This document shows positions 10,996 through 22,791 of a DNA stretch of 64,000 nt, in pieces. Position 1 is the stretch's first letter. Each line of letters opens with the position of its first letter. The stretch comes from Histomonas meleagridis 2922-C6/04-290x. Lineage: Eukaryota; Protista; Parabasalia. Below the pieces are notes generated by a model that was not told the DNA's origin, ran no database searches, and saw only the letters and a program-made list of their open reading frames with translations. Made by a program: the position numbers and the translations under genes. The DNA lies in NCBI GenBank assembly GCA_020184695.1, contig JAANOX010000075.1:124001-188000 (forward strand). Direction: 5' to 3'.

Positions 10996-11700
10996 ATTTA
11001 TGTTAATAAATGTTTATGTTTGAACTTTTTATTTTTTAACTTACAATTTCACAATTTGATTTCTTGTATGAAAAATTTTGGAAATTAATTAAACAGAACC
11101 ATAAGAAAATATTCGCTTGTGAAACATTTCATATTCTAATTTTCATATAAATTTCAAACATTTAAAAATGACAAAAATATTATGTATTTTTTAACAATAT
11201 ATGAATAACTAAATCTTTTGAAAACATACTCCATCTAATCAAAAAAAGAATCACTTTTATTTGTGACTTTATGCAAATATGTCTTTTAATGTATAAAAGA
11301 AATATATTGTTAAAATAAAGATTAAGTTATAATTATGAAAATTAATAATTTTCTAATCCTTAGAAAAATAATATTTCCAATGAATATGCAAAGATAAAGA
11401 CTAATTAATCATAAAATGAACTTTTTCATTCACACAACTAATGCACATTACACAAGACGAAAACTTTAAATGAAATATGTTGGAATTTTTAGTTATAGAT
11501 CAATTGTAAAATGTTTATACTTTGAGCGGCATCTGAAAAAACTTTATGATGATCAAATTCACAAGGTGCTGTTTAATCATTTCATTATTAATTAACCACT
11601 TTTAACTATCGTAACTAATTAACAATCGTTGGCAGAGGAAAAATAAGAATATCTAAAAAAAAAAAAATAGTGTGGCGAATTAATCTTAAATATCAATATA

Positions 11701-11850
11701 AGAAGCGAAAACAAAATGAAAAGTTCAGATGAAAATGATTATTAAATAAATGATATAGATAATACATTTTTAGTAGGTATTGATAATTCAAATACTGAAG
11801 AAGATCCACTTGCAGTCGATTTCAAAGAAGAAAAATTTATAAGTCAGTAA
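11701..11850 (+). pseudogene. Orphan C-terminal tail fragment of a single-pass surface-protein family
   Basis: Frame reads ENDY*INDIDNTFLVGIDNSNTEEDPLAVDFKEEKFISQ*, similar to the tail NTFTTGISNINIEEDPFAEDFQEEKFIEQI* of the gene ending at 59808. Confidence 0.65.
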
Positions 11851-12206
11851 TATTACTTTTTAACATATGTTAAAAAAATATTTCTTTATTAATTAAATAG
11901 AAGATAAATCATAAAAACATTTTGAAATATAGATACTTAATTTTGAACACTATATATGGAAACCATTTTTAACAATAAATTTTCATTTAAGTATTATTTG
12001 ATTGAATTCATTAAATTTATTATTCCTAATTTTCCATATATTATGATTGCACTTATATGATAAAAAATAATTCACATCTTCGTCAACAAAAACAAATTTT
12101 ATATAGAGGTGAACAAGCAATATTAAAAGTTTAAAGTAATTATCCAATTTTTTACCAACGGTTAGAAGTGTAATACTCAGAATTCTCTATCGCTCACTTG
12201 GAACAA

Positions 12207-15200
12207 ATGGAAACAAATGAGAAAGAATATATCCAACAAATCAATGAAGAAATATACTTAATTGCCCAACAGCGAGGCGTTACAGAATTCAATGCAAATG
12301 TAACAGAAGAACAAATTAAAATGAATAATTATTGGGCAAAACCTATTTATCAGCAAAATCCATACAAATTAAAATTCATTCCTTATGCGACAAATAATGT
12401 AGATTTTAAGCCCACACCTTTGTATACATCTATGTCACCAAGTGAAAAAGATTCTTCATTAGTTGGTACAATTGAAGAAAAAGAAGTTATAGAAATACTT
12501 AAAACACCTCAAACTAAAACAGAGAACAGTGTAGATCAAACATTAAACTCTATTCCTATTTCAATCAGCAATGAATTTCATTTCCAAGAATTTCCAAATA
12601 ATATTCTTGATCCAACCGATGGTTATTTGTGTCTTTCCTTAGGTAAGTTTGAGTCTACAAGTAACTTCAACGGCGGATTCTTTCAATTATTTTGTACAAA
12701 ATCAAATAAAACTCTTACAGAACCAGTTTATTTTAGGATTTCTGAAAGTTATGCACTGTTTACGCAAACTGTTTCAGAAACTGTTGCATTTCCAATCAAA
12801 AATAAGGATCCAAACATCGTTTTAATTTGTTTCTTATATTTCAATCAAGTTCCAGAAGTACGTGTTCCGCTTGTTTGCACCATTATAAAACTATACAATG
12901 AAAATGGAGAACTTATTTATAATCCAAAAGAAAATCTTCAATGGAATTCTATTGATAATTTTAATTATGACAATTTATCATCGCTTATGCAGAATAATAC
13001 AAGCAAGCAAACAGAAGTTATTAAAACATTCCAAATACATCTACAACATTTCAATCAATTAGATCGTGAATTTTCATATTCTTGGTCAAAACAACAAAGT
13101 TCTAACTTCAGAGCTACTGCTTTACCGAACTATATGTTATCATTTAGTCCTTTAATTCTTATAGAAAATATCCAATTAACAATGAAAATTCCGAAAAATT
13201 ATAAATTTGTTTTCTTAACGGTAACATTTGTCGATGATTATAAAGCCTTTACTACAGCAAGTGATAAGCCATGTTTTATTGGGTATAACTCCTTTGGATT
13301 ATCGAATTCGTTCACTACGATGTCGATTCCAAAATCTAAATTGCAAACGTTCACCTTCATTGACACTTTTTCACTTTACATTGATCGTTCAATTAATGTT
13401 AATTCATATTTTTGTTTTCAAATCAATGGCATTGATAAAAACAACAATGTATCCACGATTGGTATTTCAATACGTCCCTTATTTGAGAACAATGATATTT
13501 CAAATCGGATATTTAAATGTAAAATTTTTAATCCTAAAAAGATATCAAAAGATTTTCTTAAACTTTCGATTAAAAAAGATAATGCAAAACGATATTTACA
13601 ATGTAACATCAAATATCCATCTATGTATTTTCCTCCTTCTATTTTAAACAATTTAATTCAAGCATATCTTCCTGAACAAGTATTAATACCATTAACTAAT
13701 GAAATACCAATTGATATATATCAAAAACAAATTATACCAATTACAGCGAAACTATTACTTTTATTATCCACGAACACGTTAATAAATTTAATGCAATTAT
13801 TTGATATCTTTAATTATAAAAATGTTTCGATAACTTTAAGGTTTTGGATATATCATATAATGGATCCAACATTATTTGATGAAGATTTCATTAATAAGTT
13901 ATGTAAAACGATTATAGAACTTATCAAAAATTTCTCGAATTTAAATAATGAAGAAGAAATGAAAACATATTTACGTCAAATTTCATATCTTTTACCGATT
14001 TTATTTGACATATTAATAGTATTTACTTCAATGCCAAATATAAAATATAAGAAATTAACTTTAATTAAAATGATACAAAACGTTTCATTAATTATTAGTA
14101 AATATAGAACTCGAACTATATATGAACAAAAAACAAATAATAAAAAACAATCGTTCACTGAGAAAACTGATGATGAATTATATAATCATATTAAATCATT
14201 AAACAAAAGTTATTCGAATTTTATCTTTTTACTTACTCCTAAAATTTTAACATTTGAAGATGTAAGTAAAATAATATTTAAACATTTGAACTTATTAATG
14301 CAAATTAAGAAAAGATCAACAAAAAGACCACAAATTACATATTTACAATTTTCATTTTTATTACCATTTACACAAAATCAATTTTTCTTTGGTAATTTAG
14401 CATTATTAATAAATGGGAAAATTAATAATCAAATTTCACCATATAATCCAATTTTATCACAAATATATATTACTTTTTATCAAGCATTATTATCTAAAGA
14501 TAAAGAACATGAAAAATCGATTGAAATTTCATGTGATTTCTTTTTATCATTAATCAAAATGTTTCAAAATTCGCCTAATTTTATAATAAAACGATTGACA
14601 TATATCTTATATCCATTAATTAATTTAATATCGATTTATTATGATAAATCATTTAATGAAAATCGGAAATTACAAATCAAAATTATTCCAGTGATATTTT
14701 TCATTTTAACTAAATCTGATTCGAATGATATATTAAATTTCTATAAGTCAATTGGTAATTCATATCAATTACAATATTTAAATTTATTCCAATCAATGAT
14801 AACTACAATTGTTACAGAATTAAATGAAATTAAACCAACTTATGAAAGTCCAAATCTCATTTTAAATTTTTATGATTCATTTACTTATAACTTAATTAAT
14901 ATATTAACAATTTGGTCTGATTATTTTAATGATAACATTAATGTGATTGTTAATATCTTAAAATTAATATATAATGAATATCAAAGTGATAAAAATATTT
15001 TATTGTTTTATAAGTTTTGTGTGAAAATTATTAATAATTATTCATGTAATCGAGAATTAATTTCTTGGGTATTATCATTATTTACATTTAAACAACATAA
15101 AACTCGTTGTTTAGCTACTGCTTTATTAATCACAATCTTTAAATCTGATTATGATCAAACTAAAACAGTAATTACTTCAACAGTTGGTACAATGGATTCA

Positions 15201-16853
15201 CTTACGTCAATGTTATTAAATTTAGACATCGAAATAATTCCAATTTATAATATATTATTAGATCGAATTGTTAATATAATAACAAATTTATATAAACAAA
15301 AATTTCCGAATTTTTATAAGTTATTATTTGAACGAATGGAAGCTACAAAAGTTATTTATGAAGTTGTTGAAAAACAAAAGAAATCGATACTTCCTCCGGA
15401 GATTAAATGTCAACAAATAATGCGAATTGCTGATCAATATCAAACGATTCCATCAATGCGCTTAAAATGGTTATTACAAATTGTTAAAATTAACAAAAGT
15501 TTTGGGTTTTATATTTCGGCATTTGTCAGTCAACTTCATGTAGTTACATTAATATCATATGTAATACAAGAAACATTTAATATTAAAACGAATATAAATA
15601 ATAACATTAATTTTTATCAATCGATAGTTCAACCGATGAAAATCTCGAAACAATTCCAATTACAAACGAAAAATGATTTTAACTTTATGCCTGATTTATT
15701 AAATGAAACTAAAGTTAACTTTCAATCCTTAAATAATGAGTCGAGTAAAGTTTTATTAAATGATTTTACTTTTGAACTTTTACTAAATGAAATTAATGCC
15801 GCAATCGAACTCGGTAAGAAATCGATGTTATTTTATTCATTACGTCCACTTTATTCATTACAAATTCGAATATATGAATCGTTACGTAATTACGAAAAAA
15901 TGTCGAATGTAATGAAAGACTTTAGTCAATCATTAGGTAATATTCAAACTAAGAAGTCGTCGAGCATCGAATGTCCGATTTTATTTTATTACGTCGAAAA
16001 TAATTCCAACAAAAACACAAAACAAATTTTTACGATTTCGAAATATGTAATTAATAATACGTCAACAGATAATAACATTTTAACCATTTTAAATGACTCA
16101 AATCGATTTGATAACAACATAAAAGTTAAAATATGTAATGATCATTCATCGAATTGTAAAGATAATGTTTGCGTTATCCGTGTAATACCTATTGAAGAAA
16201 ACACAAATTCAAATTCACAAGAGTTTTCACATTGTTGGAAACGATTTAGAACAATTCCAAACATTAATAAAGATAATACTAAAAATGGAAAAGTTTCATA
16301 CCTCGAAATCATTGCGCATGATTATCTTCCACATTATCGTGTCGCAGCTGATGTTGATTCGATAAGAAAAGTCGAGATTTCATTAAAAGAATATATTACA
16401 AATATTTTTGATGTTTCGTTAAATTGGATTTCACAAATCGCAGAAGAATTTGAAATTTGGTTCCCGATGAACCCGAATATTAATAAACAATATAACTCAT
16501 CCGAATTCTTCGCTAAAGATTTGGGAAGAATTTCGGACGCAATTGCGATTATAACGAAAGGAAACGAATCGATTTCATATTTGTTGGAAATATTGAATGG
16601 AATTGATGAAAAGACTACAAAAAGAATGACAAAAGTTCTGATGAAAGCGCTGGAAAGATGCGTAATGGTGCTGAGAAGAGCTTTGAAGGAAATAGGAACA
16701 AATAATAGAACTGTCGTCCAGCTGCTGAACGTGTGCGAAATATTGGTCAATGAATTCGCTGAAAAGTTCGGATTGGATAAGTTGCAACAAAAAGAATACG
16801 TATATATGCGTGGCGATCCAATGGATGACGGAATTGAATATGAATTTGAATAA
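12207..16853 (+). CDS. DOCK-family (DOCK-C/D, zizimin-like) Rho GEF, divergent
   Basis: C2/DHR-1-like region; PPEIKCQQIMRIADQYQTIPSMRLKWLLQIVKIN matches the DOCK YxxSPDLRLTWL motif; first ATG at 12207. Confidence 0.75.
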   Translation: METNEKEYIQQINEEIYLIAQQRGVTEFNANVTEEQIKMNNYWAKPIYQQNPYKLKFIPYATNNVDFKPTPLYTSMSPSEKDSSLVGTIEEKEVIEILKTPQTKTENSVDQTLNSIPISISNEFHFQEFPNNILDPTDGYLCLSLGKFESTSNFNGGFFQLFCTKSNKTLTEPVYFRISESYALFTQTVSETVAFPIKNKDPNIVLICFLYFNQVPEVRVPLVCTIIKLYNENGELIYNPKENLQWNSIDNFNYDNLSSLMQNNTSKQTEVIKTFQIHLQHFNQLDREFSYSWSKQQSSNFRATALPNYMLSFSPLILIENIQLTMKIPKNYKFVFLTVTFVDDYKAFTTASDKPCFIGYNSFGLSNSFTTMSIPKSKLQTFTFIDTFSLYIDRSINVNSYFCFQINGIDKNNNVSTIGISIRPLFENNDISNRIFKCKIFNPKKISKDFLKLSIKKDNAKRYLQCNIKYPSMYFPPSILNNLIQAYLPEQVLIPLTNEIPIDIYQKQIIPITAKLLLLLSTNTLINLMQLFDIFNYKNVSITLRFWIYHIMDPTLFDEDFINKLCKTIIELIKNFSNLNNEEEMKTYLRQISYLLPILFDILIVFTSMPNIKYKKLTLIKMIQNVSLIISKYRTRTIYEQKTNNKKQSFTEKTDDELYNHIKSLNKSYSNFIFLLTPKILTFEDVSKIIFKHLNLLMQIKKRSTKRPQITYLQFSFLLPFTQNQFFFGNLALLINGKINNQISPYNPILSQIYITFYQALLSKDKEHEKSIEISCDFFLSLIKMFQNSPNFIIKRLTYILYPLINLISIYYDKSFNENRKLQIKIIPVIFFILTKSDSNDILNFYKSIGNSYQLQYLNLFQSMITTIVTELNEIKPTYESPNLILNFYDSFTYNLINILTIWSDYFNDNINVIVNILKLIYNEYQSDKNILLFYKFCVKIINNYSCNRELISWVLSLFTFKQHKTRCLATALLITIFKSDYDQTKTVITSTVGTMDSLTSMLLNLDIEIIPIYNILLDRIVNIITNLYKQKFPNFYKLLFERMEATKVIYEVVEKQKKSILPPEIKCQQIMRIADQYQTIPSMRLKWLLQIVKINKSFGFYISAFVSQLHVVTLISYVIQETFNIKTNINNNINFYQSIVQPMKISKQFQLQTKNDFNFMPDLLNETKVNFQSLNNESSKVLLNDFTFELLLNEINAAIELGKKSMLFYSLRPLYSLQIRIYESLRNYEKMSNVMKDFSQSLGNIQTKKSSSIECPILFYYVENNSNKNTKQIFTISKYVINNTSTDNNILTILNDSNRFDNNIKVKICNDHSSNCKDNVCVIRVIPIEENTNSNSQEFSHCWKRFRTIPNINKDNTKNGKVSYLEIIAHDYLPHYRVAADVDSIRKVEISLKEYITNIFDVSLNWISQIAEEFEIWFPMNPNINKQYNSSEFFAKDLGRISDAIAIITKGNESISYLLEILNGIDEKTTKRMTKVLMKALERCVMVLRRALKEIGTNNRTVVQLLNVCEILVNEFAEKFGLDKLQQKEYVYMRGDPMDDGIEYEFE

Positions 16854-17317
16854 ATGTTATGAAGAATTATTTATAATGTTTGACTTCTGATTTTTTTGTT
16901 TGCGCATTTTGGTGAGTTTGGAGATATTCTAAGTATTGTTTTTATTTTTTATGAGGAAAATCTTGAATAAATCCAATTTCATTTGTTATCATGATACTAA
17001 TTCATGAATTTTATGTTATAAATTTTCAATATGAATTAATTTATTAAATTTAAATTGATTTTATTTCTGAATTGAATAAGTACAAGACATAACTAATTAC
17101 ATGTATCATATGTAATCATAAATATTTACATTTAAAAACAATAACTCCACTTTATAGCTTTTCTTCATATATAAATCATGCAAACATAACAGAAGAAAGA
17201 AACACTGTATATATGGGTTTTGAACTTTTTTGAAGTTTTAAGATTTTTTTTTACAATGCAATGAAAATAAATTGTTTTCTCCTCGTAAAACATTAAAAGA
17301 AATCGAAAAGATTTTTT

Positions 17318-17964
17318 TTAATAAATAACATGACAAGAAAAATTTTTATTAAAACTTAGCAAGAAGTGGTCAATGATTGTTGGTGCAAAGTTGGGCGATG
17401 ATTGCTCTTTTTGATATGGTTCTGTTGGGGGTTGTTGCTCGGGAGTTGGGTTGGAATGGTAATAATTGTTTACACAAATATAATAAAGAATTAAAATATG
17501 TGAAAGAATATAAAAAGGTAAAACACCCAAATTGTTTGAATGAGGCTCAAAATATATTAGCAAAATGCCATGGGGATTAGATGGCCTAAAAGAGTCGAAT
17601 GTATTGATGGTAGTACTTATTGAGGTAGTATTTATAGCAAATCCATGACAAGTCATAGATGCAATGCTTATTACTGTAAACCATACCCAAAACTTTTTGC
17701 AACATAAGGATCCTTTACAACAACATAAAATAATTAATGTAATAAAGGAAAATGTAAGTTCCAAGCAGTTGAATGTCATCAAGCTTACAAAGATTGGTAA
17801 ATATCTAAATCAAAATCCCCAACTTCAGCACCAAATGGTAAAGAAAACCACCTTGCTGCAACGTAAATGGATCAAATGACGCTTGCAAAGTATGGGATAC
17901 GAAACAAGAAAGTTACGAAGCTTGATCTTTTTATGATTAGATTACTATTTGGGTCATCAAACAT
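17318..17964 (-). pseudogene. Probable pseudogene of a Cys/aromatic-rich multi-pass membrane protein
   Basis: ATG at 17964; TGA at 17872-74, 17825-27 and 17810-12; one frameshift near 17845; then open frame 17782-17318 with hydrophobic segments. Confidence 0.45.
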
Positions 17965-18314
17965 GCATCTTCTAATGGTGAATAAAACCTTGCGCTCCCA
18001 TTAAACGGTTTTTAAGAAGGTGATCGTATTTTGACTGAAAACACCAACGACCGTTAAAAGAAACAAACACTCGAGCAAACAAATTCAATTTTTGAATGTA
18101 AATACGATGATTTTTCATTCATTAGAATCTATCGTCGTGCTACTTTCAGCTATCACTTTGATTATCTTAAATATATTTAAATATATTCAAATAATAGATA
18201 TAATCTCTGCCATATGTTTGTTTATTCATCTTTTGCTTCGATTCTTTTTGTGATTATGAAGAATGTGTACGATAAGAATTCTTATCACGCAACTGTTAAA
18301 ATTTTGAATATTGA

Positions 18315-19802
18315 ATGTTTAACGTAAATAACCTTCACAAATTCCGGAACGATTCCACTTTTGTGATAAATGCACACAATTACATAAAAAGGATGAAAAG
18401 GGGAGCCGCACAAATTACGGTGCCCAATGTCCCCTCGATTCGAATTTTAGCAAAGGGTGATGCTCCAGTGTTGCATTCTGTGGAAAAAAGAAGACCTATT
18501 TCGACAATAATTCTTCCTAAAATGGGCAATAAAAAACATTCCCTTCCAGCATCATGTCATCCAACTCGACAAAAAATGTTTTCTTTTTACAAAGTCATAG
18601 AGTCTTCACCAAATTCATTTCCTTCTAAAAAAGATGATATTTTTGTTTATATCCCAGAAGCATTTGATACAGCAAATTTTAGGTACATATGTGTCAATTC
18701 AATTCTTGACTTACAATTCAAAACAGATAAACGTCACACAAAAATTATTAATTCATTGATAGATTTAATGAATGAAAATAGATTAACAATTGAACAACAA
18801 ATTCATGTAATGAAATATTCAATGCGTGCAGTTGTACGTGATATTCCAAGAGAACCTTTACAAAACCAATTTGCTGAGTCGAATCCTATTTACACAATAT
18901 CCAATGCAGAACAATTGGAATTGATTCATACGCTTTTTCAAAAGTTATTGGACGCAACTTTCTATTCCTTTAACCATCGTTTTATCAAAGGATTAGTACA
19001 ACAATTATCGACCAAAGTTGATTTTGAAAGAAATGCTATTGCCTCGGAAATACAACTTATCATATCAAAGTACGAAAGTAATAGGGATGATGTTATTCGT
19101 TGCATACTTTCGAAGATTATTCTTTTTAATAACGGAGTTAATGGAATTCCATCATCAGCAATATCATCAATGCTTCAAATATACAACTACTATCTCACGT
19201 CCATCATCGATAAGCCCACACAAGAAAACACATTCACGTTTAAAACGGTGTTTTTCCCTCTTTATTTGCATTATTCGCTTCCAGATTTTGAAAAGGCATT
19301 GAAAAATATTTCAATGTTTTACATATCGCAGGACCTATCGTCGGCGGTTTGGTGCCTCAAATATCTGATTAAGCATTTTCCTATAACAACACCAAGAAAA
19401 CAAATATCTTTCATACAATTAATTTCTACAATACTTGGGTACATTGATGAACCGGCTTTGATCGATGCAATGACTATTTTGTTACCGATTTTAGGGAAAT
19501 GCATCAAATCAGAAAACCCTGGAGTTGCAATGTCAACTATTTTCGCAGTAAGCAACGATTTCTTGCAGTTGTTTCCAGAAGAACATAGGAAACATGTAAT
19601 TTCGAAAATAGTGGAATCGTTGGCATCGAATTTGAACCACTGGAAGCCAAACGTCAGAGAATTGTCGATGAATTTGGCCCAACAGCTGGAGGTGGATATT
19701 GAAATAAATGTAGCCATAGAAGATGAAAGACAAAATTCACGTAGCAAAATATGGGAAGCAATTGCACGGGCAGCAAATGAACAAATGTTTGTAAACATAT
19801 AG
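18315..19802 (+). CDS. PP2A regulatory subunit B56 (B')-like, divergent
   Basis: KHFPITTPRKQISF, CIKSENPGVA and NHWKPNVRELSMNL correspond to B56 KYWPxTNSQKEVMF, CISSPHFQVA and NHWNxxV motifs. Confidence 0.75.
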   Translation: MFNVNNLHKFRNDSTFVINAHNYIKRMKRGAAQITVPNVPSIRILAKGDAPVLHSVEKRRPISTIILPKMGNKKHSLPASCHPTRQKMFSFYKVIESSPNSFPSKKDDIFVYIPEAFDTANFRYICVNSILDLQFKTDKRHTKIINSLIDLMNENRLTIEQQIHVMKYSMRAVVRDIPREPLQNQFAESNPIYTISNAEQLELIHTLFQKLLDATFYSFNHRFIKGLVQQLSTKVDFERNAIASEIQLIISKYESNRDDVIRCILSKIILFNNGVNGIPSSAISSMLQIYNYYLTSIIDKPTQENTFTFKTVFFPLYLHYSLPDFEKALKNISMFYISQDLSSAVWCLKYLIKHFPITTPRKQISFIQLISTILGYIDEPALIDAMTILLPILGKCIKSENPGVAMSTIFAVSNDFLQLFPEEHRKHVISKIVESLASNLNHWKPNVRELSMNLAQQLEVDIEINVAIEDERQNSRSKIWEAIARAANEQMFVNI

Positions 19803-20011
19803 AATTTTTAGAATAGATTTTTTTTTATGTTATTGATAAATCAACAATTAAAATAGTTACTGTTAATGATCTAGCACCAGTATTGGAAAATCAGTACACC
19901 ACAAGATTCTGCATATTGGCGGAATATAAAAAAAAATAATTTTTTTCTGTGTAATAAACGTTCACCTTTAAAACAAGCAGACATAGTCAATTTGGGTTTG
20001 GTCAAGCAAAA

Positions 20012-20881
20012 ATGAACACAGCTACCACTCATAAAGGCAGAAAAATCCTTAAAAATAGAGAACCAAAATTTGTAGAAAATAGAAAACAATCTCTTTTTGT
20101 TAAAGGTCTTAAATGTTCTCAAGAACTTAATTATTTTTGGGATGAATTAGCCAAATTCCGTCATGGAGAACTTGCAAAATATGCAAAGAAGAATGATATT
20201 TTCCCATTTGAATCAGTTGATCTCCTTGAAAAGTATTGCAACAAGAAACAATGTTCTTTATTTACATTTTTTAGCCACACAAAAAAGCGTCCAATGAACG
20301 TTATTTTTGGTCGCTTATTTAATGCGCATGTCCTTGAGATGTATGAATTTGGTGTTTTTGATTTTATACGTTACCCAAATCTTCCAAATGCGGACGTTGA
20401 CAATGGTGCAGTTCCTGCTCTTGTTTTCCAAGGTGAACAATGGGATACTGATTTTGCTCAAGTTCGTTCCGTATTCATAGATTTCTTTGTTGGTGATCTT
20501 AAAGGATCCGTCAATCTTGAACAAGTTCAACATGCTCTCGTTTTCACCATCACAGACAGTGAGACACCAGTTATCTGTGTTCGCCATTACTCTGTTAAAT
20601 GTGATAGAGGTAATAATGTTTCACTTTCTCTTGTTGCTCCATCATTTAACCTTGTTCCAAGGCGAAAGATGGATCCAGATGCTGAAGTTCTTGAACAGTC
20701 ACTCATCAAACCAGTTGTTGGAAAGAAGGTAAAGAATGTTACCACAGATGCACTTGGAAGAAAGGTTGGACGCGTGTTCGTAAGAAAGCAGGACACAAAG
20801 GAAATCAAACCAGCGAAGTTCAGGGGCCTCAGGAAGATCAAAAAACAAAAACAAGGCAACAGCATCGACGATGCTCTTTAA
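20012..20881 (+). CDS. RPF2: Ribosome biogenesis Brix-domain protein RPF2
   Basis: KGRKILKNREPKFVEN, CSLFTFFSHTKKRP, GRLFNAHVLEMYEFG and KNVTTDALGRKVGRV. Confidence 0.92.
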   Translation: MNTATTHKGRKILKNREPKFVENRKQSLFVKGLKCSQELNYFWDELAKFRHGELAKYAKKNDIFPFESVDLLEKYCNKKQCSLFTFFSHTKKRPMNVIFGRLFNAHVLEMYEFGVFDFIRYPNLPNADVDNGAVPALVFQGEQWDTDFAQVRSVFIDFFVGDLKGSVNLEQVQHALVFTITDSETPVICVRHYSVKCDRGNNVSLSLVAPSFNLVPRRKMDPDAEVLEQSLIKPVVGKKVKNVTTDALGRKVGRVFVRKQDTKEIKPAKFRGLRKIKKQKQGNSIDDAL

Positions 20882-21851
20882 TATTAAATAAAGATTTAAA
20901 TTACATCATAAAAGACGATAACAATTGGAAAGTGACATATTTTGTGTGGTTTATAAACAAATTGTTTGCGATTGAACATAAAAAAGTGTCAAATCCTCTT
21001 TCATAAAATGAATTTTGGTTTTCAACGTCTAGACGTGGTTGCAGATTTAGCTAAGCAAACTTTGCAAAAAAGAAATTGATACAAAAATTCTTTTCGGTAT
21101 GAATTTTTTAGGTTCAAATTCTTTTCGATATCGAAAAGATGCTTAGAACATAGATCGGGAATTAAGGGTTGATAATATGGTGTGAAAATAAAAGAAATCG
21201 AATATGTCAAATTCAATCAATTATAAATATCATCACCATAAAAATTCCTATAAGTTGTACATTTGAAGGAAATATTTATTTTCATTTTGCAAAAAAAAAA
21301 TCATTTAAAAATTCAATTTAAAACGATTTTTGCTGAAAAGATCATTAAAAAGATTGTGGTATGTAATCCATTAATGTAATCTTAACTTATCATTTTATAG
21401 TCTCTATTATATTTATTTGATGGAAAATGCGATTTGAATAAATTTAGTGACTTGTGATATGAAAAGCATATGGTGTAGCCTAGGGCTTTTCATACCATTT
21501 AATCATAATTATACAAATACAATTTGTATGAAGAACATGCTTAAACATAGCATACAATATCAAATTCAAATCTTGAAAAGTATTAATCTATATAATATTT
21601 ACATATTCCAAATATTTATTTCATTTTTAGTATTACAAAAAAAATTAAATACCTTTTTTACTGTAAAATACTTTAGGATTGCCAAAAAACTTTTTATTAT
21701 TTAAAGGAAAACTCATGAAAAATGGGTAACATTTTTGTTTATAACCGTAACGTGATATAGTGACATTTGATGTGAAAGTGATGATTTGGAACCTTTTTCA
21801 AAGACCCGCAACCAAATAAAGTCATTCAATTTTGAGAGGACGACGACCACT

Positions 21852-21856
21852 TCACT
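21852..21856 (+). promoter_or_regulatory. Initiator (Inr) element TCACT
   Basis: Matches the trichomonad Inr consensus TCAYT/A, ending 8 nt before the SCS-alpha ATG. Confidence 0.55.
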
Positions 21857-21864
21857 TTAACAAG

Positions 21865-22791
21865 ATGCTTTCATCTCCAGTCCGTAACCTCCACAAGCCA
21901 CTCCTCTTCGTCGACGAGAATACACGTGTCGTTGTCCAAGGTATTGGTAATCAAGGTCAATTCCACTCCCGCTTAATGCGTGAATATGGCACAAAAGTTG
22001 TTGCTGGCGTTCACCCAAAGAAGGCTGGCCAAATTATCGCAGGAATGCCAGTTTTCGCCTCCGTTAAGGACGCTGTTGAAAAGACAGATGCTAATGCTTC
22101 CCTTATCTTTGTTCCAGCTTCTGGTGCCGCTGCAGCTATGATCGAAGCAGCTAACGCAGGCGTTGGTCTTGTTGTTTGTATCACAGAACATATCCCACAA
22201 CATGATATGATCAAAGTTAAGAAGGTCCTTAAGGAAAAGGGCGTCGAACTCATTGGTCCAAACTGCCCAGGTATCATCCAACCACGTACACATTGCAAGA
22301 TGGGTATCATTCCAACAAATATCCACACACCAGGAAAAATCGGTATTGTTTCACGTTCAGGCACACTTACTTATGAGGCTTCATATGCTACAACATTAGC
22401 AGGCCTCGGCCAATCAACAGTTGTTGGTATTGGTGGTGATCCATTCGCAGGACAACTCCACGTTGATGTCGTTAAGAGGTTCGCTGAAGATCCACATACT
22501 GAGGGTATCATCCTCATCGGTGAAATTGGTGGTCAATCTGAAGAAGATGCTGCCGAATGGATTCACAAGAATCAACTCACAAAGGAAAAGCCAGTCGTCA
22601 GCTTCATCGCTGGTGCCACAGCTCCACCTGGCAAGCGTATGGGTCATGCCGGAGCTATCATTTCTGGCGGAAAGGGTACAGCAGAAGGTAAGTATGAAGC
22701 TCTCCAAGCTGCTGGTGTTCGTATTTCACGCCATCCAGGAAATCTCGGCAAGTTTATCTTTGAAGAAATGAAGAAGTTAGGCCGCATCTAA
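21865..22791 (+). CDS. SCS-alpha: Hydrogenosomal succinyl-CoA synthetase alpha subunit
   Basis: [22 protein letters not shown] and KRMGHAGAI (phospho-His) motifs; presequence MLSSPVRN; true ATG at 21865. Confidence 0.97.
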   Translation: MLSSPVRNLHKPLLFVDENTRVVVQGIGNQGQFHSRLMREYGTKVVAGVHPKKAGQIIAGMPVFASVKDAVEKTDANASLIFVPASGAAAAMIEAANAGVGLVVCITEHIPQHDMIKVKKVLKEKGVELIGPNCPGIIQPRTHCKMGIIPTNIHTPGKIGIVSRSGTLTYEASYATTLAGLGQSTVVGIGGDPFAGQLHVDVVKRFAEDPHTEGIILIGEIGGQSEEDAAEWIHKNQLTKEKPVVSFIAGATAPPGKRMGHAGAIISGGKGTAEGKYEALQAAGVRISRHPGNLGKFIFEEMKKLGRI

